Source: Carcharhinus amblyrhynchos (Eukaryota). Taken from it: a stretch of 64,000 nucleotides of DNA. The stretch lies in assembly GCA_965287045.1 (NCBI GenBank), contig OZ336877.1, positions 5,332,001 to 5,396,000 of the forward strand, read 5' to 3'. Made by a program: the position numbers and the translations under genes. The notes beneath the pieces were generated by a model that was given only the letters and a program-made list of their open reading frames with translations, searched no databases and had not been told where the DNA came from. This document shows positions 37,491 through 50,700 of the stretch, in pieces; the first letter of the stretch is position 1, and each line of letters opens with the position of its first letter.

Positions 37491-39237
37491 ACATTAATGG
37501 AATCTATGATTGATAAAGTGACACCTCTATACTTGGTGGGGGTTGGGGGGGGTACTTTTCTGCATAATGAGAGCTCTTGCACTGATGGGGCGAGTTGCTC
37601 TGATAGGAAACTAAATATCCACTGTTCTATTTTATATTCCTGGTCAGATCTATCAAACTCCAGGAATCCTCTTGAACCATGAATTCAAATGCATCTGAAA
37701 CAAAATCTGCCTTGGGGAGTAAAAGCTACAAATCGGTAAAGAGAATCTGATTCTCAAACATCTATATTTGGGGGGAAATGGGAAATGTGTTCTTCAGAGG
37801 ACAGTCTGAGGCATATTGAGGCAGAGTAAAGAGAACTTGACAATATAGTTAAATCATACTAAACCAGACAGACCTGGGAATGCTTAAAGATGATACAGTA
37901 TCCAGAAAACGAAATAAAAGTATCCAGCAATGTCAAATATTCACAAGAGTATATAATTCACAATTGTCTTATAAGTGACAAATTTGGCTTTTATCCCACC
38001 AGCGTGAAGACTATTCTCTGAATAGGAAGGGCTGGACAGAAAGTCCACAGGGAGATACAGAAAATCTATTTGTAGCAGCTTCAGTTTCCCTACCTTTCTC
38101 ATAAAATGCATGGTGTGGAAAATTATTGTATCTTCTATGTTAAACCACATTGGCATAATAACGCAATCTGCCATTGCACCACCATGTATAGATTTAATCC
38201 ATACATCTAACCTGAAGATTGTAAATCTATATGTTTACAGTGAAATCAATTTATCTCAGATCCGTTATCAATTTATTTTAATGTAATCTCAGCTTTGTGC
38301 TTAAACAGATGCATTTCTTCACATTTTCTTCTGATAAAATACTGTTGGATTTAGTCACATTTTCTACAATACCATTTTCAAGGTGCACAGGTTTTATTTC
38401 CCTATTAATTGTATTTGCTAAACTCGGGAGGAACCATGCAAAATAATTTTCAAAAAAAACTGAATAGAAAGAGAAACAAAACAAATTCCTATGTATAAGT
38501 AATGATGTAGAACAGAGAATTTGATACAAATGGAAAATTCAGGAGGAAATGTTTTAAAAAATTCCAACGAATAAAGTATATTTTAACAGCTTTTCTACTG
38601 TAATCCGATTGTTAACATACTGAAACAATTTTTGTGTTACCCAAAGATTAATCGTGTTCATTAGTATTTTTTCTGACAGATATTCAGGATGTAACATTTA
38701 CTTCTCAGTTGGAAACTTTGTAACACGCTGCCAGCTATGGCAAATAGTGAGCTTGGGGAAGGCAATAAAGATGTTTTACCTACAGCTATGATACTGCACA
38801 GAACATCTGGTTTAGTGAGTAAAGGAAACGCCACTAAATGGGCAGAAAGAAGAAAATCTTTGTGCTAAGAACAGTCTACGTTTTGTGAGCGCCTGTCAAA
38901 GGAGAAATCTGGCAAAATGTGTCATAACTGTAAGGTCACGTACTGAGCCAGACTCAAGCAATCAGTTTTTGTTAGACATCTGGTCCTGTTCCACCCGCCA
39001 TCAACAAGGGGGAAGAGGAATGAAAAAAAAATGAAGCAGCAACTTTAACATTCCAGAATGTACACATCAGGGCTCTGATAGCAAGAAAAATAAACAGAAA
39101 GAAGGAAACCCTGTCTAGACTGAGCTGCTGCTGGGGCTGAGGCAGACACTGGGTTGGTATTTACTGAGAGGGGCTGCCAGGCAGCACTGCCAGGTAAACA
39201 GTAAAGTAGAAGAAATGAATAGGAAAACGTCACTGAC

Positions 39238-39405
39238 CGTAGATGAGGACCACAGACTCTTCAATTGCGTGTTGGTAACTAAACTGGGAGTCCAACAGAG
39301 CTCGGCTGACAAAAGAACCATAGCAAGTTGACTGGTACCAGCCGACGTGGAGGTGGTCAATATTAACATGACGCAAACTTCTCATCATTTCCATTTGGTA
39401 CTGAA
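39238..39405 (-). CDS. EIF3H: EIF3H internal exon (168 bp; equivalent to exon 3, MPN domain)
   Basis: Encodes (V)[55 protein letters not shown](D), near-identical to vertebrate eIF3h; acceptor tttttcAG ending 39406, donor GTCAGT from 39237. Confidence 0.98.
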
Positions 39406-41229
39406 CTGAAAAACAAACCAGAAAAAAAATCATAATTTTCCATTTTTAAAAGAAACAATTCAAGCAATGTAATCTGCTGATATATTTTATGATGTAGAGG
39501 ATTCATTGCTCAATAAACTTCACCACTAGAATAAAAAAATTAAACACAGTTGTCAACCACCAACTTTTAATACATCATAGAAGTACAACTGCATACATCT
39601 GATATTAAAAATGCTGGTTTTAATGCCAGCATTTCATAATTATCTCCCAGTTTAGCCCGTGGGTTATTGATTCTTTTGTAGATACGTGCAATGCTGGCTG
39701 AATTACTTTGATGTGGAGGATCAGGAAAAAAGATTCCAACAAACTGATTCCACTAGCAACCATTCAGAATTTTACATTTCCCACTTAAATACTTTGACGG
39801 ATTTATTTAAGCTTGTTCTATACTATAACAGTGGTTTCCGTTGTATGATGTTACCCTTCACCATAAAAGGTCCTCAAAGGCTTAAAGTTTTAACTGTCAA
39901 ATCCCTAAGACTAGATAGAAAACACTAATGTTGTACAAAGCATGGTTAAATTGGTCCTGAAAATGATTGAAATTGTTGATCGAAGTTAAACGTTTTCAAC
40001 CCGTGCTAAAATCTGAGGTGAAGCACAAATAATTTAATCATCGCCACAGAAAATTTACTTCTAATCAGGGATTTTGTGGTTCACACTGCATGTAAAAACT
40101 GTTGCAAGGCAAAATATGTGAAAAATGTTTTAGCTATAGTCATAGATTACCAACCTAAACAATCAGCAACTATTGCAGATAGTGGGAAATAGGCAGCATG
40201 CAACAACATAATCTAGCTCCATATACTTTCACCTGTGCAGAATTATAATAATAAATTTGAAAAGCCCCTAAATGTCCACAAATATCTAACAAATTTGGTA
40301 TAATGATAGCCATTATTTAGGCTTGCAACCATCAAAAGAAAAATCAATTTTATCCCATTTCCTTAAAATATTGACAGGAAGTCTAAAATGCTCAATACCA
40401 CACAATAAAACGGCCAGCCACATCCCAGATGTCAAAATTAAACGAGGCCAGTGACTCAAAATTGACCAAACTTGACTACTACTTTAACCTCAAAATAATC
40501 TTCTGTTACTTTTCCTAATTGGAAATGTGCCATGTGACTTATTCCCATTCCAAATAACCAGAGGATTCAAGGTCCAATAGAGATGGGCAACAAATGCAGG
40601 CCTTGCCAGTATCATTCACATCCCGCAAAATAAAAAATTACTATCCCACAAATCTGATAACAGCTACTATCATTATGATTTCAGTCAGCATTGTAATTCA
40701 TCTGAGTTGACATGACTATGATAATACTTACCAATCACTTTTCATTGTTGAAGCACCATTTAATTGAAATAAAAATGCAGGGGAGTCACTGTGTTCATGA
40801 AAACACTAACTTCAAAATGGCTGCAAATTTTATCTCAATTATATTTTCAACAGTATTAATAGCATGCAGCAACTTGCCTACACAAATGAAGATTACCTGC
40901 ACTTGACATACATTGATATATGTCTTTTGAATTTGGCTGGGTAAAACGTAAGTGTTTTTTAAAATTGGTCAGTTGCCAAATGTTTTCTTGATACATGATT
41001 TGATTTTTATAGACTTTGTTTTTTTAAAAATATTTCTTGCAAGCAAGGCTGTTCGGTAAAATGTACAGTTATGTTTCTCCTGTATGAAGCTGCATGGGTA
41101 AAATACAAGTACAGTATTCTAAATCCAGCAATCACTGGACCGAGACTCTGCTGGGTTTTTGGGACGTTGCTGGATTTTGGGTCAGATGGAGTTAAGTATT
41201 GCTTGGAGCACAAGATAGAACTGCATTCG

Positions 41230-42350
41230 AAGCGGCAAAATTGATAACTGGTCATGGGCCACATTATGCCAGTGCAGCATCTAGCCAAAGTTATCCGGCT
41301 AAGTTACTTTTTAAATTACTCAGCTAAAATTGACGTATGGATTATAAAAGTGTCTGTTTTTTTGGCAACTCCGGTTTGCGAACAGCCAGATTTGAGACAC
41401 TGTACTTGGCATCTACCCGGCAACGTGGAAAATTGCCCAAGCATGTCATGTACACAGAAAGCAGAACAAATCCAACTCAGCCAATTACCACCCCATCAGT
41501 CTACTTTCGATCATCAGCAAAGTGATGGAAGGTATTGTCAATAGTGCTATCAAGCAGTGCTAACTCAGCAATAACTTGCTCACAAATGCTCAGTTTGGGT
41601 TCCACCTGGGCCATTCCATTCTGGACCTCACTACAGCTTTGCCCAGACATGGACTAAAAAGCTGACCTCCAGGAAGTGAGGTTAGAGTGATTGCCTTTGA
41701 CAGCAAGGCAGCATTTGACCAAATGTGGCATCATGGGCCCAACCAAAGTCAATGGGAATTGGGGGAAAACACTCCACTGGTTGGAGTCATAGCTAGCACA
41801 AAGGAAGATGGTTGTGGTTATTGAAGTTCAGTGATTTCAGTCCCGTGACATTTTTCCAAGAGTTCTTCGAGGTTGTGTCCAAGGCCCAACTAACTTCTTC
41901 TATCGTAAGGTTGGAGGTGGGGATGTTTGCTGATGGTTGCACCTTTTTCAACACCATTCCTCAAAATGCTGAAACAGTCCATAATCATATGCAGTAAGAT
42001 CTGAACAACATTCAGGTTTGGGTTGATAAGTGGCAAGTGGCATTCACACCACACAAGTGCCAGACAATGACCATGCCAACAAGAGAAAATCTAACCATCT
42101 GCCCTTGAGATTCAACAGTATTGCCATCGCTGAAACCCCCCCACAACAAAATCCTGGGGGTTACCACTGACCAGAAAATGAACTGGACCAACCATGTGGT
42201 TACAAGAGTCAGAAGTTAGGAATTCTGCAATGAATAACTCACCTCCTGATTCCCCAAAGCCTATCCACCATCTAAAAGGTACCAATCAGGAGAGTGTGCA
42301 TCATCTACAAATGCAACTCATCAGCTACTCCCACATTCCAGGAACAAATT
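41230..42350 (+). mobile_element. CR1/L2-group LINE remnant
   Basis: gctcagtttgggttccacc, gacagcaaggcagcatttgaccaaatgtggcatca and gggatgtttgctgatg (MFAD). Confidence 0.85.
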
Positions 42351-42644
42351 TTTAAAAATACACATGATGTTCTATTTTTTCCTACTTTAAAGAACATTTT
42401 TATTCATTATTCTCGTTGACTTAAGACGTTGAAAATCCAGATTGGGAGTGAAACACGACATGATGATGAACGCTGCTAAAAAATTAAAACGGCAGAAGAT
42501 TTTGGAACATCAAGAATGCTCGCCAGAGAGGAAATTTCTGCCGCTCAACATATGGACTTTAATGGGGAATACTGCATTATGGAAGGAGTGACTCCAGTAC
42601 AAAGGAATTGTGGCTTAAATTCTATCTCTCCCCATAGTTTTCAT

Positions 42645-42905
42645 GGAATCATAGAATCCCTATAGTGCAGATGGAGGCCATTTGGCCCATTAAGTCTGTA
42701 CCAACCACAATGCCACCCAGGCCCTATTCCCATAACCTTCATTTACCCTGCTCATCTTCCTGACAGTAGGGTCAATTTAGCGTGGCCAATCAACCTAACC
42801 CGCACATCTTTGGAGACTGCGGGAGGAAACCGGAGCACCTAGAGGAAACACCGCAGACACGGGGAGAATGTGCAAACTCCACACAAACAGTGACCTGAAG
42901 CCGGT
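42645..42905 (-). mobile_element. HE1/V-SINE
   Basis: atagaatccctatagtgcagatggaggcc tail and cgggaggaaaccggagcacc..gacacggggagaatgtgcaaactccacac core, reversed. Confidence 0.9.
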
Positions 42906-45524
42906 CCAAAGATTCACTCCAAAGATTTAGAGGTTTTTCACCAACAATGGTTATTAGGAACACAAGAAAATCTTCTCAATTTGACCACATATTGAAGCTT
43001 AGTCTCATTTTTTTTAAGTCTGTCATTTACATTTAACAATTCATGATCCATCAAGACAGAAACTTAGTTACATGATCTTTTATAATAATTACACATGGAA
43101 AAATTGGGTCTAGCTAATACCAAAGCAAATAACTTCTCCCGTGCACAAAAAATCTCCTGAAAACTTGTTTTGACATTTAAGATAAATTTGCAGTGCTTTC
43201 ACCTCTTCAGAATTGAGTACTTTTGTGGCAACATCAGATCTGCACCACTAAAAGTAGCTGTCATCTCTGCACGTTTAAATCACCTCCCAGGTTGGATCCT
43301 GCTTTTGCCATTTGTGATCACTCAAGCAAAATCAAATCCTTGCAGCAATATAATCAATGATTGACAGCTTTACAAGTTGAATAGTCTTTGAACCTTTGAG
43401 AAATGCATCAACATTTCCACATCAAAATGGGGGTGGGGGAAATCGCAGAGATTTTTAAGTTCTATTAAAAGCATGCTGTCCACTCTGTAATCATGCTTTG
43501 GAACAATTAACATTCAAAACAACTTTTACTAGAATGCAAAATGCACAGATGAGAAAGCAGAGTGTAAAATAGTATGCGATTGGTGAGAGATTCTAGCTAC
43601 TCCTTACAGGGGGAAGTTAATCACAAGGCTCAGTTTTTTTTAAGAGAATAATACCAATATAACTACAAAATATAGAATTATTAAATGCCAATAACCTAAT
43701 AATGTTGCCAGTGATATAATGTTGATCCCTGAGCAGCTCTCAAATTTTTGAGAACAATTTCTATCTGTTCCCAAAGATACAATTGTCTGGTGTAATCAAA
43801 CTACAGCTCAAAAATTTTACACTTGTTCAGTTTCCACTTGTTTAAAGAAAACTTTATAACTGATTCAACTTGTAGCTGGCTCTCTATTTTGAATCTACCA
43901 CTGCGTAGCCAAATCATTATTCCCACCACCCCATCCCCCAACCCTTTATTCTGTAACTTGTCAGCACACAGGAACAGCAAAGAACTGGAATCCTCAAGCT
44001 GAAGGTTAGACAGAACAGCTTGGTACATAGCAACAGTAGTGAAGAGTGGGAAAAGCAGTCAGGAACAGAGTAAAGGAAATTGATGAGAAAAGCCAGCAGA
44101 AAGCTGCAGCAGCTTTTACTTCTATGGGTCAAGTTCCATTTTCCAGTTCTTCCCCCTGAACAGGCTCATATTGCAAGGAACAACTCTGTTTCCTAAACTC
44201 TGGCCAAGACTGCTGACAAAGCACCATTATAACCCACAACTCAGAAAAAGCACAAGATTGTTAGCAATATGATGGAATCATATAGCAAAGCGATAAGACG
44301 TGGCATCATATCTGCAAATCCCCACACGGTAAGTTACTAATTATGACATGCCAGGAGGGAGGTGCTAGCCACTTCCCACAGGGAGGAAAATCAATCATAG
44401 GGTTTTCATTAATCTCGTTTAGCCTATTGATGCCAATATGCTTCAGGATAAACTAATAAAAAACACTCTTGAGCCAATACCCCGACGCAGCAATACACTT
44501 GTGCAATACTCTGAATTCATCATCTTGAATTACCATGATAACAACCAGGCTTGTGATCACCCAGCACTTCATCCTTGCATTAAAAGAACTCAGATTGTAC
44601 ACTATAGATTCATACCAGGTTTGGAGGGAGAAAGGGCATTTCTCCTCCGATAAAATACAAAAGTTTCACATGCTCATTAAACTAAAATCTTAATGCAAGC
44701 ATTGAAGTCAGTGAGTCACCTTGGCTTCATTCAACAAACTTCCAGCAGCTGGATAAAACGTAGATAAATGAGGAAGTAAAGCAACTGCAAAAGTGTTTTT
44801 CAGCTTTATCTGCAATTTTGGATACTTTCTGGCAGTGAAGAGCTGGCATATTATAATTCACATGCCTGGAAGTTAGATTCAATGAAATTCGGCGAACAAT
44901 ATTATAATGATCTCCAAGAAAAAAAAACTCAACGTTCTTTGTTCTTTGCTGTGCCAAGAGACAGTCATGCTTATTAAAATACTTTAAACAGTCTACAGCA
45001 GTTGGCAAATACTATTGTAATGCATTAACATTTCAATTGTTTCAGGGAACTGCAGCTTTACTATATTCCCAAAAACATAAAAATCATATATCTTCATCAG
45101 GTCAGGGAAAGGATTAACTGTTTGTAATGTTCACCTAACTCAATTGTGAGAAGAGAACATTTTCACAAAATTAGGTAAGAATTCTTAATTTTCATTTAAT
45201 TTTGAAAAGTTTGGAAGTAAGAGTACATGATCTAAAACTCAGATGTAGCTCGCACATTATGGAGAAGTGGTTTCAGCCGCAAGTTGAATGAAGTTATGAT
45301 ATCATGCTTGCAACCTGGCATTCTAATGTAGTTCAGCAAGATGCAAGGCCATCTCCAGTAGACAGTCTGTCCCAAGTGCAGTGTAATTGCACCGGGGCTC
45401 CTAGAAAACTTGCAAATTGACGTTTAAAATGTGTGAAATAATATAAGAGGAACCCTTCTTATCTTTCCTTACATTAAAGAATAGCCACTCAAGAAGTGAC
45501 AGCTGTGAGCATCTTTCTTTAAAA

Positions 45525-45805
45525 CTTATTAGTGTCACAAGTAGACTTACATTAACATTGCAATGAGGTTACTGTGAAAATCCCCTAGTTCGCACACTCC
45601 AACACCTGTTTGGGCTCACTGAGGGAGAACTGAGCATGGCCATGTGCCGAACCAGCATGTCTTTCGGACTGCGGGGGGAAACTGGAGCACCTGGAGGAAA
45701 CCCATGCAGACACGGAGAGAATGTACAGACTCCACACAGACAGTGATCCAAGCCGGGAATCGACCTGGCACTGAGAGACAGCAGTGCTAACCACTTTTGC
45801 CACCT
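45525..45805 (-). mobile_element. V-SINE-type SINE
   Basis: Same subfamily as 6790-7060 (gtgtcacaagtag..gttactgtgaaaatcc..agtgctaaccact). Confidence 0.85.
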
Positions 45806-46884
45806 TGATTTGTACATACATGTGCTGACTGCTTTGTCACTAAAATCAAAACAAAATCTGCTGGGAATGTTCAGAAGGTCGAACAGCATCCACGGAGAGG
45901 GGGAGAAAAAAAACACAGCTGGCAACTCAAATCACTGGCCTTTGGTTAGCACTAGCAAAGGTTAATGATGTAACATAACATAAGCAAATAGAGAGGTTGG
46001 GGAAGGGGTTGGAAAGAAAAAAACAAAAGGACAGATCTATGATAAGGTGAAGATAGGAGTGATTCAATGACAAAAATGAACTAAGGCAAAAGGGGGTCAT
46101 AAAGATAACAAAAGTCTAGAGAACCAGTACGTTGTAACAGCAGTGCCTCTGCCCCCAGAAAATGTGAGCAATGGTTCAAATAACTGCTAAAATCAGGAGG
46201 GACATCATATCAGAGACATGCAGCCTATATTTAAATGAGGTAACCACCTCACTGGTCCAATTTGGTCTTCTGCCCACCACCACCTCAAACTGTTCCACTC
46301 TGAAACAGGAAGATGTGAGGCAGGTTGGGTTTGAAATTTAACTTATTTTTAAATTTTAACTCTACACCCCACCGAGTGACAATTGGGAAGGCAAGGCTGC
46401 AATAATCTGCATTAATATGGTATTTTGAATTTACAGCATGTTCAAAGGCACTTTAAATAATAGTGATAATAAGCAGAGGAATGAAAGGCCAAACTAAGGG
46501 GATTGTATTTAGGAGGCATATTTGTTGACTGCAAGGATCTACAACGATTCTTGAAGTTAGGACTTGAAAGGACATAGGAAAGAAATTCCAGAGATCAGGG
46601 CTTAAGCAGCTAAAAGCTAAAAGTAAAGGAAAGGAAGAATGAAAAGGAGACCAAAAGTAGAAGGCCAAAAGATTTCAGGAAGTGAATCAAAGGAAGAGCA
46701 CAGAAATTTGACAAAATGTCATAGGAATATGCATAGATCAGGGAACAGAAAATCAAAGACCAGGAGTTGAAGCTAGAGGGGATCAGAGAAACAGGAATTG
46801 GGCACCATGAATGTAAAAGATGGTACAGAAAATACATAATTAAAACGGATTGAGGCTAGGAATGGTTAGGAAGCAGAATACTCC

Positions 46885-47945
46885 AGATGTTGAAAACCAC
46901 ACCAAAATAAAACAGAAAACACTGGAAAATACTCAGCAGCTTTTGCAGCATCTATAGAGAAAACCTGAAGATCCATTACCTCTCATCATAACTGGGAAAA
47001 GTTGGAGTTGTAGTAGGTTTGAGCGCGGAGTGGGTAAGGCAAGGACAAATGCAAAGGTCTGTAGAGGAAGGAAGGAAGGAGGGGTTGAATGACAGAAATT
47101 CAGTCTTACTGGGGAAATAAAAATAGGGAAAAAAGAATGCCTTGAGCAGGTGTACAACTGTTTGAAAGCAAAAATAAGAAAAAACAAAACATATGAAATG
47201 AAACAAAATAAGGGGATAGAGCTTATGATCTAAAATTGTTTTATTCAATGTTGAACCCGGAAGGTTTTAAGGTGCTTAATCAAAGTATGGGGTGCTGTTC
47301 TTCCAGCTTATGAGGAGCTTCATTGGAACAGTACAACAGGACAAGGACAAAGATATCACTGAGAGAACAAGATGGAGGACGAAAATGACAGGCCACAGGA
47401 AGCTTGGGATCACATTTGTGGACTGAATGGATGTGTTCCTCAAAGTGGTCTCACAATCTACATTTCGTCTCTTAATGTAGAGAACACATTGTAAGCAGCA
47501 GATTAAATTGAGATAAGTACACATCAATCACTGCTTTACTTGGAAGCAGTTATTTGCTGCCTTGGACGGTAAGGTGAGAGAGATAAAATTGCAGGTGCTA
47601 CATCCCCTGTACTTGCATGAAAGGGTACCATGGGAAGAGCACAGAGTTTTGGGGGTGAGTAAGGTGTGGACATGGTACAATGCAGGGATTGCTGAAAAGG
47701 GGAGAAAAGGGGAAGATGTGTTTGGTGGTCACATCACACTGAACGGGATGGAAAATAACACCCTGAATATGGAGACTGGTGAGTTGGAAGGTGGGAACAA
47801 AGGGAACCCTACTGTGATTCTGAGAGGGAGGAGGAGAAGGACTGAGAGCGTGTGGGAAATGTGGCAATATCGAAGGCCCTGTTAATGATAAGAGGAAAAT
47901 TCTCTGCAGAGGAAAGAAGTCAACATCTCAGAAACACTGTCAAAG
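46885..47945 (-). mobile_element. Penelope-like element remnant (GIY-YIG region and terminal repeat)
   Basis: Minus ORFs SRVPFVPTFQLTSLHIQGVI..DVTTKHIFP and CTYLNLICCLQC.LYI, a degenerate form of TCTSSNLVYCIRC..YIGET. Confidence 0.75.
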
Positions 47946-50004
47946 TCTACACCAGATAATAATTTCAGTATTCACTAAAACAAATACAACATAATACAAT
48001 AAATATAACAGGTGAAAATAGAATGCAAATTATTCTCTCATGTATCAAGAATTACAACATTGTTCACCTCAACAATAGACATAAAAATAATTACTTCTAA
48101 ATTGTTTTAAGAGGCTGACATTTGACACCAGAGATAGCATTTGTTTTTGTTAAAATCAACCTAATCTGTCAAGAGGACTAAATAATCAGTTCCATTGGCA
48201 TTCTGTTCAACACCACTATTTTCATCATTGGTTAAACAGATCCCAGTTAAGTGTTGTTGCCCAATTTTAGTTTGAAATCCTCAGAGATAGTGGCAGCCTC
48301 TGTGTTATGTTTGTTATTCCCCGTACTCTAAGTGTAAACACATTACCTGCTCTCAGGCGAAATGATGATAATTTTAGTGTTTTTACTTGCACATTTACAA
48401 TTAACTTACTCATCAGAATTTAAACCTCTAAAATAAATCAGAACGCTAAGGGGAGGATGAGATTTTAATTTAATCGCCAGTCTCAAAACTCTGTATCTGT
48501 AAAGTAATAGCTATGATTCAGGTCACCTGTGCTTTTGAAACAGAATATGAAATGGATGACTTCTGCATCTCTCTCGTACAAATCAAAACACAAAGGAAAC
48601 AAGAGAAGTACAACAATCATATACTTCTAATATTTTCAGAGTATTTCTGACTTATTTCATATTGCGTCAAACACATTTAGAACCAAAGGTAACCACAGCA
48701 TTAACGAAGTTCAAGAAGTACCAAATTTGCATCATCACTGGAAGAAGATGGTTATTAAAAGATAGATCAAGCTTTACTACCATGGAAACCAAGACAATTT
48801 GCAAAATCTCACACAAATGTTTATCATCCTCACAGAAGACTGAAATACGCATTTGAATAACACATCAGCAGTGGCCCAATACCAGTTTTCACTTGGGAAA
48901 ATAGTTTGATTGACTTGCAGCTGTAGCATTTATAAATTACTTCTTTCATGCTCAAAATAAATCCTATAAAACAACTTGTACAAAACACTGTTGCGACTGA
49001 TTAAACATCTGCTTCATATCATACAGCAACGTTTTTCAAGATAATACTGATGCAAGATTCAGTGAAGGCATAAACATTGCTTTTATAGGGAAGCCATCAG
49101 CAATGGCTTGTTACCTCGCTCCATATTTTCCATACTATTTTCTCTCTTTTTTTGTAAAATATTATGTATTGCCCGTACAATTAAGACATTTGTTTCCTTG
49201 ATCTTTAAGAATAAGCAATATATTCATAATAATAAAAATCATGATTTTTAGCAAGTTGATCTTTCAGCTCCCTCAATTATTTTGATAAATTCCATGTTCT
49301 GGTCTCATGTTATTACAAACTTTACCAGTAATGCTTATTTTGATCAATGTTTATGTTATCTTGTGAAACTAAATTCATATAATATGGAATAGCCTTTGTG
49401 GCATGTGCTGGGAAGCAATGGTGATTATAATCCTAAATTAGCGTTGCTTAGCTTGTAAACTACATGGCTCTTGCTATCATTTTAAAATATTGTACATTTG
49501 TAGAAAGATTCTGAATCAAGACATCACTGTGACCCCTGCAGAATCCTCAACAAATGTAAAATATCCTTCAATTACAATTATCTGAAATTAATGAAAAATT
49601 GTCAATTGTTGAGGAATTAAGCTACATTTACACAAACATCACCTCAATTTTGCTCGGTATGAAAGAAAGCAGTTTTGGCTTTCTTGTTCAGCGCAAATTA
49701 TAAAAAAAGGATTGAAGCAACAAGAAAATATAGTTAATGCTTATGCAAATCTATGGCCATGAACAGGCTGAGAACGAGTTGATCTGAAAATCGATCAAGC
49801 AATGAAATTGTCAGCCGTTCCAAAAAATGCCAATGTTGCCATGACAAATACATTGTTTCAATACTATAGCAAGGATTCAGACCCAAGAATTCAGTTCACT
49901 GTGAAACAAAATTTAAAGCAACAAAATTCAATGTATGGATCAAAGTAATACAATATGCCAAAGTACACACTTCTCGAAATTATCTGTGTATTTCTTTTGT
50001 TCCC

Positions 50005-50700
50005 TTAGTCTCCTGAAGCCATAGATCTATGTTCTACAGATGTCAGTTCTCCTTGTTCGCCTATGCCCCCCGATCAATGGTTTTCCACCAGTGTGCCATG
50101 AGAACTGTGGAACTGTGCTGCAACCTGCTGCAGAAATACTGGGGGTTAGAGATTGCGTGGGTCACACTCCAAGCCCCAGTTTTAGAAAGGGCATACAATG
50201 TTCGAGGCACCATTCTCTGAATCTCTGGGCTACTCTCCGCTCTCTTCCCCTGGTGAATGAATCCTTTCCTTGCCAGCACTGGGAACTGCGGCCGTGGATT
50301 TCTCTTGGCCCAGCTTCTGACGTACATGTCCACATATGGAGCTCCACTGCCTGCCATTCAGTATCACCGTGGAAACTCCTCTCTCTTTTGCCAATGCTGG
50401 GGCTCGGGAATTTAAGTCCCTGCTTCACTTTCGAGTAATCGAGCACTGTCCGTAAATTCGAAACAAGTTTGGTAAAATTCTCTGTGAATTTCTCATAGGA
50501 ATGTTTGGCAAATGACATATGGCTGAACCACAGCCACTGGTCAACATCCCACTCTTCACAATTTCTCATCATCAGATCTCATCCTGTATCCTGTCCTGTG
50601 GCAAGTCCAATCTAGTTATCATCGCTGTCGTCGATGAATTTCAGTGGTAACTGGACCATCACAGCCTCAAGCACAATAGCCGTGTCTCTTATTAACACTA
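50005..50700 (-). mobile_element. Highly degenerate DDE_Tnp_4 (PIF/Harbinger-ISL2EU-like) transposase remnant
   Basis: Frame-hopping minus translation gives SYEKFTENF..CFEFT..GLKFP..APYVDM..PVFLQQVAAQFH..GTLVENH*..RSMASG. The order matches the family pattern LAYPCRYSDM..LQQFADAIH..GAPLENCWGFIDG..RSMYSGHK. Confidence 0.4.

Noticed and set aside
39401-39408. Alternative acceptor CAG 5 nt inside exon 3
   Set aside because: It would shift the frame; the upstream AG gives the expected 168-bp in-frame exon and there is no evidence of use.
48630-48745. Box C/D snoRNA candidate on the minus strand (GTGATGA..CTGA)
   Set aside because: No terminal stem and no recognisable rRNA antisense element.
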